From assembly GCA_029938595.1 (NCBI GenBank), contig JAOZUP010000001.1:1774-45870 (forward strand): a stretch of 44,097 bases of DNA. The letters run 5' to 3'. Positions 7,981-15,918 of the stretch are shown piece by piece. Below the pieces are notes generated by a model. The model was not told where the DNA came from. It saw nothing but the letters and a program-made list of their open reading frames with translations, and made no database searches. A program made the translations under genes and the position numbers. This DNA comes from Thermoanaerobaculales bacterium (GTDB taxonomy: Bacteria > Acidobacteriota > Thermoanaerobaculia > Thermoanaerobaculales > Sulfomarinibacteraceae). Positions within the stretch are counted from its first letter, which is position 1, and each line of letters starts with the position of its first letter.

Positions 7981-9147
7981 TCAGCGTTGCGCCGCCTGGT
8001 AGGTCTCATCGAGAAGCGTCACTATGCGAGCCGGATCGTGACGGGTCGCAACCATATTTCGTCCGGCCACGGTCAGCTGCTTCCGGAGCCCTGCCTCCTC
8101 ATTGAGACGCCGGATGGCGTCAGCAAATTCGCGCCCATCACGGGCCAGGAGGAGCTCGCGGCCGTCATGGGCCTCGAGGCCTCGCACGGCCTCGGGTGTG
8201 GCGACGACGGGTATGCCGCGCGCCCAAGCCTCGATGATTTTCATCCGGATGCCCGAAGCGATGCGCAGGGGAACCACCAGGATTGCCCCGCGGCAGAAGA
8301 TGTGCCTGCTGTTGGAGGGTGACGGGTGCCAGGATGTTGCTGGCGTGCCCAGGCTGGCGTCGATCCCGAATACGTGGGCGTGGGCCTTGGGGTTCTCGCG
8401 CCGAACGTCGTCCCAGATCGAGTCGAAGAACCACGAGATCGAATCGCGATTCGGGAGCCAGCCGCCCCCCAGTAAGAGGAGAGGTGGAGCACCCGATAGC
8501 TCCTCGCTGCCGGTGGGGAGATCGCTGGGGAAGGGTGGGGGAATAATGTGGATGCGGTTCGCGCGCATGCCACGGCCGCCCGCCAGCGCTTCACCGTCGC
8601 AGCGGGTGAGCACCACCGTTGTCGATGCCGTGCGAACTGCGCGCGCCTCGGCTGCCGCCATCTTTCTCGCCTCGCCGCGGGCGATCCATCCAAACCTCGG
8701 GCGGACGCCGCCCACCATACGCCACAGATGGCTCTCGACGTTCTGCGCGCGGAGGACGATCGGTGGCCGCCCGACCCGTTCAGGGACATTGAAGATCGAC
8801 TGCACCTGCTCCGCGTGAATGACGTCGTATTCCTGCTGGTCGAGCTCCTCGCGTATGACCTGCAGGAGTGCTTTGTGGGTGTGGCGAAGAACAGACATCG
8901 GTTGCCCCGTGAGCTGTGCCCTGATCATTGATGGCAGTAGTCGTCCGGGCCGGCAGGGAACGAGGCGTGGACGGCAGACCTGAGCGATGTGCTCAACCGC
9001 CCCCTGGCGAGTGGCGCCGAGATCCGGTGCGACAAACGTCACCCGGTGCCCGCGAGAAGAAAGCTCCCTCAACGTGTGCCACATCAGGAGCCTGCCGCCA
9101 TCCGATGTCGGGAACGGCGCCTTGGTTGCGATGAAGAGAACCCGCAT
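7981..9147 (-). CDS. Family 4 (group 1) glycosyltransferase
   Basis: From ATG 9147: MRVLFIATKAPFPTSDGGRLLMWHTL. C-terminal GT4 motif: GIRMKIIEAWARGIPVVATPEAVRGLE. The track N-terminus (to 9279) is probably an extension. Confidence 0.8.
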   Translation of the reverse strand: MRVLFIATKAPFPTSDGGRLLMWHTLRELSSRGHRVTFVAPDLGATRQGAVEHIAQVCRPRLVPCRPGRLLPSMIRAQLTGQPMSVLRHTHKALLQVIREELDQQEYDVIHAEQVQSIFNVPERVGRPPIVLRAQNVESHLWRMVGGVRPRFGWIARGEARKMAAAEARAVRTASTTVVLTRCDGEALAGGRGMRANRIHIIPPPFPSDLPTGSEELSGAPPLLLLGGGWLPNRDSISWFFDSIWDDVRRENPKAHAHVFGIDASLGTPATSWHPSPSNSRHIFCRGAILVVPLRIASGIRMKIIEAWARGIPVVATPEAVRGLEAHDGRELLLARDGREFADAIRRLNEEAGLRKQLTVAGRNMVATRHDPARIVTLLDETYQAAQR

Positions 9148-9294
9148 CCCTGTGGCGGTGGATGGACGACAGCCCGACGTCATCGCGTGGTCCGTGCGAG
9201 GGACGAATATGTTGACGACACGGTGACGGCCTCCGCGAGGATTGTCGCATGGCGTCAACCGTGGGCCGGCGCCTGTCACGTCGTGCTGCCGGAT

Positions 9295-10281
9295 TTATTG
9301 CGGGTGGCAGTTTGAGGTGTCCAGCTCCTCGAGCGCCTTCAGCGCATCGATGTATATGGAGGTTTCGGCCTGCCAGTGACTCCTGTGATCCTCCGAGACC
9401 AGCGGCGTTGCGAGACGGCGCCCGAGGAGGCGCAGTCTTCCGCCGATCTGCAGGGCACGGTTCGACCTTCGCGCTCCCGTCGATCCCCGTCGTTTGCGGG
9501 CGAAGCGCAGCAGGTCGGTCCACATGAACTCCGGATGTGCGGAACCCGCCGAACCTCCGGACTCCGAAATCGTACCGCCGTGATGATGGAGGACCGTGAA
9601 ATCTGGGAGAATCTTGATCTTCCAGCCCGCTTCGACCGCACTCTGGCAGAGGTCGAGATCCTGACAGTAAAAACGGTAGCCGAGGTCGAAGGGCCCGACC
9701 CCCTCCCAAACCGATCGTCGCACGGCCATGGCGGAACCCGCGACCCAGTCCACAGGTCCGCCGCCGGAGCCGGACGGGGGGCGCAACCAGCGCCAGCCCG
9801 GCATCCTGCCCAGGAGAGCCGGAATGCCGGAGGCGAGAGCAAAACACCATGCAGGTGTCGGTCTCCGGCCACCGCTCCACTGGGGCGCACCGTCCAGATG
9901 CTTGAGCGCTGCCCCCGCAATACCGAGATGCGGGTCTTCAGCGAATGCCCTGAACACGGCGCCGAGAGAGAAAGGCTCCACCTCGGTGTCGCTGTTGAGC
10001 AGGAGCAGTAGATCCCCCGACGCCCTGGCCATGCCGTGGTTTGCCGCGACCGAAAACCCTTCGCTCTGGGGCAGGCGGACCACCACGTGCCGAGGGTACT
10101 TGCGGAGCACCGAGTAGGCGGTGTTGTCCGAACTCCCGTCATCGACCACGACCACCTCGTCCGGCTGCGGGTCGCACAGCCACAGGGAGGCCAGACAGCG
10201 CAGGGTCAGCTCGCGGGTGTTGTGAGTCGGAACGACAACGGAAAGTTTCGGCATATTCGTCATCAGCGGTGAACCCATCAT
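9295..10281 (-). CDS. Family 2 glycosyltransferase
   Basis: Motifs: KLSVVVPTHNTRELTLRCLASL, VVVVDDGSSDNT, LLLLNSDTEV. The start is ambiguous among ATGs at 10281, 10263 and 10254. Confidence 0.8.
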   Translation of the reverse strand: MMGSPLMTNMPKLSVVVPTHNTRELTLRCLASLWLCDPQPDEVVVVDDGSSDNTAYSVLRKYPRHVVVRLPQSEGFSVAANHGMARASGDLLLLLNSDTEVEPFSLGAVFRAFAEDPHLGIAGAALKHLDGAPQWSGGRRPTPAWCFALASGIPALLGRMPGWRWLRPPSGSGGGPVDWVAGSAMAVRRSVWEGVGPFDLGYRFYCQDLDLCQSAVEAGWKIKILPDFTVLHHHGGTISESGGSAGSAHPEFMWTDLLRFARKRRGSTGARRSNRALQIGGRLRLLGRRLATPLVSEDHRSHWQAETSIYIDALKALEELDTSNCHPQ

Positions 10282-10324
10282 AACAGCCGGGAGCCGACGC
10301 TAAGAGCTTGCGTGGTAGTATCTT

Positions 10325-11161
10325 GTGGTGTCGATCACACAAATACCCATTCTCGTCAACTCGGCTGACGAGAAGTTCAGCAGCATCAAGGAACTCCGTG
10401 ATCTTTTCAACAACTCGCACCTGTTGATGAACCTCGTCCAGCGTGATCTCACGGTGCGTTACAAGCGGTCAGTGATCGGGTTCTTCTGGACAATGTTGAA
10501 TCCGCTTCTCCTCATGATCATCCTGACCATTGTCTTTTCCACCATTTTCCGATTCGCTGGGATCGAGCATTTCGAGACGTACTTCTTGTCTGAGTACCTG
10601 GTTTTCGGGTTCTTTTCCCAGACGACCACAACCGCGATGGGAAGCATGGGGTGGAACGCCTCACTCATGAAACGCGTGCGCGTACCAAAATCCATCTTTG
10701 CGATTTCCACCACAATCTCCGGGCTCGTCAACCTCGCTCTGGCATATATCCCGCTTTTCGCCATCATGATCGTTCGCGGCGCCCCAGTCTGCTCAACGGT
10801 CTTGATCTTGCCGTTGAGCTTCTTGATCATCGCCATGTTCACGTTAGGGGTGTCGCTGCTTCTATCGGCATTGGCTGTCTATTTCGATGACGTCCAACAG
10901 ATGTGGCAGGTGGGGACAATCGGCCTGATGTATCTGACCCCCATCATTTATCCAATCAGCATTATCCCGGAGAGGTGGCTCTGGTTGATTCGTATCAACC
11001 CTCTCACCCAGCTCTTCAAACTTGCCCGCGACCCGGTGTACAACTGCGCGCTGCCGTCGGCCCACGTGTTTACGGCCTCTCTAGTCGTATCGGTGGTCAC
11101 ACTTGGAGTGGGTTGGGTGGTTTTCAATCGCCTCGCACGAGGTTTCTACCTTCACATTTGA
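10325..11161 (+). CDS. wzm: ABC-2 type polysaccharide/teichoic-acid export permease (Wzm/TagG family)
   Basis: N-terminal signature LVQRDLTVRYKRSVIGFFWTMLNPLLLMIILTIVF, followed by about 6 hydrophobic segments. GTG start. Noticeably lower GC than the flanks. Confidence 0.85.
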   Translation: MVSITQIPILVNSADEKFSSIKELRDLFNNSHLLMNLVQRDLTVRYKRSVIGFFWTMLNPLLLMIILTIVFSTIFRFAGIEHFETYFLSEYLVFGFFSQTTTTAMGSMGWNASLMKRVRVPKSIFAISTTISGLVNLALAYIPLFAIMIVRGAPVCSTVLILPLSFLIIAMFTLGVSLLLSALAVYFDDVQQMWQVGTIGLMYLTPIIYPISIIPERWLWLIRINPLTQLFKLARDPVYNCALPSAHVFTASLVVSVVTLGVGWVVFNRLARGFYLHI

Positions 11162-11177
11162 GCGCTCTGGAGGACAG

Positions 11178-11969
11178 GTGGGCGAACCGGCAGTTGAGTT
11201 TCGAGACGTTTCGTTGCAGTATCGCCTGCTGTCGGAACGAGGCATCGTGTCCTTCAAGGAATGGGTGATTCGCCGGCTGACCTCTAAAATGACCTATCAG
11301 GAGCTGATCGCACTTTCACACGTGAGCGTTTCAGTCGAGAAGGGTCGTGCCCTGGGCGTCATCGGCCACAACGGTGCAGGAAAGTCGACCTTTTTACGAC
11401 TGGCGGCAGGTATTCTCGTTCCCACCGAAGGCGTGGCGATCATGCGTGGGCGGTTGGCGCCGGTCATCGAACTCGGACTGGGCTTCGAAGCAGAATTGAC
11501 TGGACGCGAAAACATTTTTTTCAACGGTGCCCTGCTCGGGCGATCGAAAGCTGAGATGGCGACACGTGTCGACGAAATCGTTGAGTTTGCCGAGCTGGCG
11601 GATTTCATCGACCAACCGATCCGCACCTACTCGACAGGGATGGTAGCCAGGCTCGCATTTGCGGTTGCGACGACGGTTGACGCCCAAGTCCTGCTCCTGG
11701 ACGAAGTGTTGTCGGTGGGAGATGAGAGCTTTCGTCGCAAATGCAACGAGCGGCTTGAAAGCTTCCGACAGGCCGGCGTCACCATCCTTCTCGTCTCACA
11801 TGATCTTGGCGCGGTGCAGAGCATCTGCGACGAAGCGGTGTGGCTCGAGCACGGATTGATCCGCGGACACGGACCGGCGTCGGAGATCGTGGCCCTGTAC
11901 AGGACGTCAGTAGGTGATGAAGCAGTCGTAGGTGGTGCGGTTGCGCCAGTCTCAGTGGTTCCAACCTGA
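11178..11969 (+). CDS. wzt: ABC polysaccharide export ATP-binding protein (Wzt/TagH family), short form without C-terminal extension
   Basis: Walker A GHNGAGKST, signature YSTGMVARLAFAV, Walker B LLLDEVLSVGD, H-loop VSHD. In-frame GTG at 11178 is preceded by GGAGGA (11169-11174), 16 nt after the wzm stop. Confidence 0.85.
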   Translation: MGEPAVEFRDVSLQYRLLSERGIVSFKEWVIRRLTSKMTYQELIALSHVSVSVEKGRALGVIGHNGAGKSTFLRLAAGILVPTEGVAIMRGRLAPVIELGLGFEAELTGRENIFFNGALLGRSKAEMATRVDEIVEFAELADFIDQPIRTYSTGMVARLAFAVATTVDAQVLLLDEVLSVGDESFRRKCNERLESFRQAGVTILLVSHDLGAVQSICDEAVWLEHGLIRGHGPASEIVALYRTSVGDEAVVGGAVAPVSVVPT

Positions 11970-11970
11970 C

Positions 11971-12846
11971 ATGGCCCGCCCGGTCATCTCGGTTGTCATC
12001 CCGACGCGCGATCGCTGCACGATCCTCCGGTTGACTCTCGAAGCGCTCGCCCGGCAGGAGGGCGTGGACGGCACATTCGAGGTCATTGTCGTCGACGATG
12101 GCTCGACCGACGGCACCCTCGAGATGCTGCGAACCAGTGACTTCTCGACGTTCGATTTGAGATCGGTCCCGCTGGAGCACGGCGGGCCGGCCCGTGCCCG
12201 CAACTGGGGCATCTCGGAGGCCACGGCTGAAAGGATTTTGCTTCTTGGCGACGACATGATCCCCGCCCCCGGGAACTTGAATATCCACCTCGCAGCTTCG
12301 GGCGAGCCCGAACGAGGGGTGCTGGGGATGATCGAGTGGGACCCGGAGCATGAGATTACTGACGTGATGCGGTTTCTCGCGCCCGAAGGTCCGCAGTTCT
12401 GGTTCAAAGGTCTTGAGGAAGGATCTCTCGTTCCAACGACGTCCCTCGTTAGCGCCAATCTTTCAGCACCCAGGCGGTGGTTTCTAGAGGAACCGTTTGA
12501 CGAGAGCTTCACAGAGGCCTGCATGGAAGACACCGAGCTCGGCTACCGGTGGTGGCGGCGAGGATGGGTTATTCGGTTCCGGCCCGGGGCGGTCTGTCAC
12601 CACCGCCATTCCTACCGAAGCATTGAGCCGTTTCTCGAACGACAGCGTCGTGCTGGACGTTGGACGCGGTTAGCGGTATGGCAGCATCCTGCTCTTTTTG
12701 CCACGTTAGTGGCCCGACCGGTAGCTTTGGCGCCGCTGCTGGCGGCTCGTACAGGTCTACGATTTCTCGGGGGCCGTGGCCGGCGTGACGATGTATGGGA
12801 CCTCCACTGCCGCTGGAAGTTTGTAACGGGTTTCGTCAGAGGCTAG
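11971..12846 (+). CDS. Family 2 glycosyltransferase
   Basis: MARPVISVVIPTRDRCTILRLTLEAL, VIVVDDGSTDGT, LLLGDDMIP. The ATG lies 1 nt after the wzt stop. Confidence 0.8.
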   Translation: MARPVISVVIPTRDRCTILRLTLEALARQEGVDGTFEVIVVDDGSTDGTLEMLRTSDFSTFDLRSVPLEHGGPARARNWGISEATAERILLLGDDMIPAPGNLNIHLAASGEPERGVLGMIEWDPEHEITDVMRFLAPEGPQFWFKGLEEGSLVPTTSLVSANLSAPRRWFLEEPFDESFTEACMEDTELGYRWWRRGWVIRFRPGAVCHHRHSYRSIEPFLERQRRAGRWTRLAVWQHPALFATLVARPVALAPLLAARTGLRFLGGRGRRDDVWDLHCRWKFVTGFVRG

Positions 12847-13016
12847 TGACCCTCGTCGGCCAAGTTCTTCCCGGAGCCGAGCTCATTCACGTAATTTGCT
12901 GTCAGGGGCGGCGGTGAGGTGGAGGTGCGGACTGGGCAGCCAAGCAGGACTGATTTCCAGATAAACGCCGCTGCCTGATAGGATAGAGCGCGTAGCCTGA
13001 TGGAGAAGCATCGACA

Positions 13017-15791
13017 GTGAGGATTTTGTCACGTTGCACCGAACTGGCCGGCAAGGCCATCACATCCTGCAAACCCCACATACCTTACATTGCACTGCTC
13101 TGGGGCCTCATCTGCATACCGTTTGGGCCGGTGATCTTCTCGGACGGCAGTCTCGTTCCGTCCGACATTCTTTACACAATGGAGCCCTGGTACTCCGAAC
13201 TCGGGGAGGTTGCCTCTTCCCACAACGTGAGTGGAGTCTTGACTCTGGACTCGATCGACGCTGTGTACACCGTACTCCCGGTTGCACATGCTACTCAACG
13301 CCAGTTGCGCGGAGGGCATCTACCGATCTGGGATCCGGACATACTTACCGGATTCCCGCTTGGAGCCTTTTCCCCGCTGTACCCTTTCCAGATTTTGGCA
13401 TACCTGATCCTCGCACCAGAGACCGCGCTGAATGCTCTGGTCATTTTCCACCTGTTCCTGATTAGCCTGTTTGGATATTTCGTGGTCACGAGCCTTGACG
13501 CCCATCCGCTGGCCGGTGTGCTGGCCGGGCTTGTGGCAGCGATTAACGCCATGGTTCTATACTATTTAATCGCGCCGGGGATGCTGCTGGCTATAGCTTG
13601 GATACTGGGCCCCTTCCTCTGCTTCATACGTTTCAGGAGAAGCGGGTGCTGGAGGTGGACCATCGCGGCGGGGCTCTGCTACGGGATGCTCCAACTTACG
13701 GCCAACCCCCAGCTGGTTCTCTACACCTCTCTCGCCTATGGATTCTACGTTCTCGTATGGTCTGGCACCGAGCTATGGCGCCGCGAATACGCGCGGGCCG
13801 GACGCTATCTCATGCACAGCATCGGCATGGTTCTGATAGGCGTTCTTATCGGTTTGCCCTCTCTGCTGTTGATGTATCACTTCAGCCTCGGGGTTCAACG
13901 GGCACCGCAGGTCAAGGTCTTCACCGAGCTCGCCTCGTGGATCAGGGTGATCGTGCCGGATTACTGGGGCACACCGTCAGAACTGGCACCGGGATTCAGT
14001 AACAACACCCGCCTCTACATCGGTGTCCTACCTCTCGTCCTGGCCGGCATCGGGGCTCTGGCCGCACGTAAGCTGGAAGCACGATGCTTTGCTTTCATCG
14101 CAGGCGCATTCGCGGCGGTAACGCTGGGATGGCAGCCGTTCTCCACGATCTTTTACCTGTCCATGCCAGAGCTGTTCCTGGATCACGGCCGGGTGTTGGT
14201 ACTTTCCAGCCTGTTGCTGGCGGTTTGCGCGGGCCTGGGAGCGGATGTCTTGCTCCGGAACAAGCGATACCGGAGCTGGGCTGGTGGTCTTCTCATGATG
14301 ATCGCGGCGGGAGTCGCGGGCATGCTGATAGTAGTTTTGACAAATCCAACGCTGCGTCAGAGCGATCCCTTCTTCCACGTCCGCCTGGAGGCGACGCAGC
14401 TCGCCCTGACAGTCACACTCGTCGGCCTGGCGGCGGTTGCCGCCATGAGCTGGACCTCGATGCGCGTGGCAGGAGTCGTGCTCATCCTCGCGGTCGCCTT
14501 CGACCTGTTCGCGACCTTTTGGCTCTTCTTTGGAATCTTTCCGGCGGGCCTGATGCTGCAGCCTCCTCTTATCGAGAGGCTTGCGGAGCGGGTCAACACC
14601 TCTGGCAGTGTTCCTGCACGCGTGTTCTTTGTGGAGGGCGACGTCAGCGGCCCAAAGCCCAAAGTCCTGACTTACTTTGACATTCCTCAGATAACAGGCT
14701 ACACGTCGCTGCCGTCGGAACGCTACAATCGCTATACATTTGCCAGCGGCGCCCGCCGCTACGAGAGTTGGTTCTGGCTGCGTTTCATGGAAGTTGAAAA
14801 GCCTCGGGTTCGACTTTTCGACGCGCTTGCGGCAGAGTACGTTCTTCTCTGGCGGGACGAGGTCATCGACGGGGAGCACCGGACTCCCTTGCTGGCTGAG
14901 GTGCCTCGCGAGGCGCTGCAGCTCTCACGGTATCAGCTGAGAACCCTGCCCGCGGAGGCTGCTGATCTGAAGATCGCTACCGACGTCCCGGAACACGGCC
15001 GCTCCTTCCTGCTGACCGGCCTTGCGGTGCTGGACGGCTCGATGGGCTACGAGATCAGAGTCGATGGGGAGTCCGTGCACAGCGGGCATCTGGCCAAGAC
15101 CACGGAGATTCCGTTTTGGAAAGCGCTGGCTACGGAATTGAGTCCTCACGCAGGACATTTGGTCACAATAGAGTTGCTGGTAACCCCTGGTCCGGGCGCC
15201 TCTTGGAGATGGGTCGATCCGCAACTGCACTTTAACCCCGAGGAGGCCGATCTGGAGTTGGTGGACGCTGGAGGCCTCCTTGTATACCGCAACCACAACG
15301 CCTTTCCTCGAGCCTGGCTTGTATCCGAAATCCTGGTTGTACCACCTGACGACCTGGACAGGGCCGAATCAGAAGTCAGCCGATCTGAGCTAGATCTTCG
15401 CCGAGTGGCGATCGTAGAGAGCGGGCAGCCGCTGAGCCTGGGCAGACCCAGCCCGTCTGACCGGGTTGAGATCACGCGCTACGAACCCTCCCTGGTCGAA
15501 GTCCATGTATCGACAACCGAGGCTCGCTTTCTAGTGATGCCAGATCTCTTCCACAAGGCGTGGCGAGCAAACATTGATGGAGAACCTTCGAGGATCTTTG
15601 CTACGAACCTGACGATGCGTGGTGTGTTGGTCGCACCCGGGCAGCATAGGGTGACCTTCGAGCTTGGGCCCCCGGGCTTCAGGCTGTCGTTGTTTTTCTC
15701 TGGTATTTCGATCCTCTTGTGTGTGTCGGCACTCGTCGTCACCGCATGCAAGCGGGGGGCGTGCACAGCGAAGGAGGATGCTCAGCCATGA
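13017..15791 (+). CDS. YfhO-like (GT-C-type) polytopic membrane protein
   Basis: 924-aa ORF with many TM segments in the first ~500 aa. HLPIWDPDILTGFPLG resembles the YfhO lPLWNPyifsG.P motif. It also has a large soluble region, a NHNAFPRAWLV motif and one terminal TM (LSLFFSGISILLCVSALVV). Family call is from motif memory only. Confidence 0.6.
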   Translation: MRILSRCTELAGKAITSCKPHIPYIALLWGLICIPFGPVIFSDGSLVPSDILYTMEPWYSELGEVASSHNVSGVLTLDSIDAVYTVLPVAHATQRQLRGGHLPIWDPDILTGFPLGAFSPLYPFQILAYLILAPETALNALVIFHLFLISLFGYFVVTSLDAHPLAGVLAGLVAAINAMVLYYLIAPGMLLAIAWILGPFLCFIRFRRSGCWRWTIAAGLCYGMLQLTANPQLVLYTSLAYGFYVLVWSGTELWRREYARAGRYLMHSIGMVLIGVLIGLPSLLLMYHFSLGVQRAPQVKVFTELASWIRVIVPDYWGTPSELAPGFSNNTRLYIGVLPLVLAGIGALAARKLEARCFAFIAGAFAAVTLGWQPFSTIFYLSMPELFLDHGRVLVLSSLLLAVCAGLGADVLLRNKRYRSWAGGLLMMIAAGVAGMLIVVLTNPTLRQSDPFFHVRLEATQLALTVTLVGLAAVAAMSWTSMRVAGVVLILAVAFDLFATFWLFFGIFPAGLMLQPPLIERLAERVNTSGSVPARVFFVEGDVSGPKPKVLTYFDIPQITGYTSLPSERYNRYTFASGARRYESWFWLRFMEVEKPRVRLFDALAAEYVLLWRDEVIDGEHRTPLLAEVPREALQLSRYQLRTLPAEAADLKIATDVPEHGRSFLLTGLAVLDGSMGYEIRVDGESVHSGHLAKTTEIPFWKALATELSPHAGHLVTIELLVTPGPGASWRWVDPQLHFNPEEADLELVDAGGLLVYRNHNAFPRAWLVSEILVVPPDDLDRAESEVSRSELDLRRVAIVESGQPLSLGRPSPSDRVEITRYEPSLVEVHVSTTEARFLVMPDLFHKAWRANIDGEPSRIFATNLTMRGVLVAPGQHRVTFELGPPGFRLSLFFSGISILLCVSALVVTACKRGACTAKEDAQP

Positions 15792-15918
15792 TAGAGACTC
15801 GTGCGGCAATCCCCGCAGACCTGGCACAGGTTCGGCTCAACGAATTCGGCCGCCAATGGACCGCCGTCGGTCCTGAGGTTCTCGCGATTCTTCGCGTTGG
15901 AGCGATCCCTGTCTCGCC

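Noticed and set aside
8993-10142. Long alternative-frame ORFs (8993-9880 and 9339-10142, minus strand)
   Set aside because: They overlap the GT4 and GT2 genes, which have clear family motifs. Their Arg/Pro/Gly-rich products are typical high-GC frame shadows.
11515-11521. Homopolymer tracts (T7 in wzt, C7 on the + strand at 4813-4819 in oppD, A7 at 28084-28090) as phase-variation switches
   Set aside because: The tracts are short and lie in conserved codons (for example the LSGGE signature). There is no evidence of variability from a single sequence.
14028-14879. 283-aa minus-strand ORF inside the YfhO-like gene
   Set aside because: It is antisense to a coherent polytopic membrane protein. 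The product is highly charged with no motifs.
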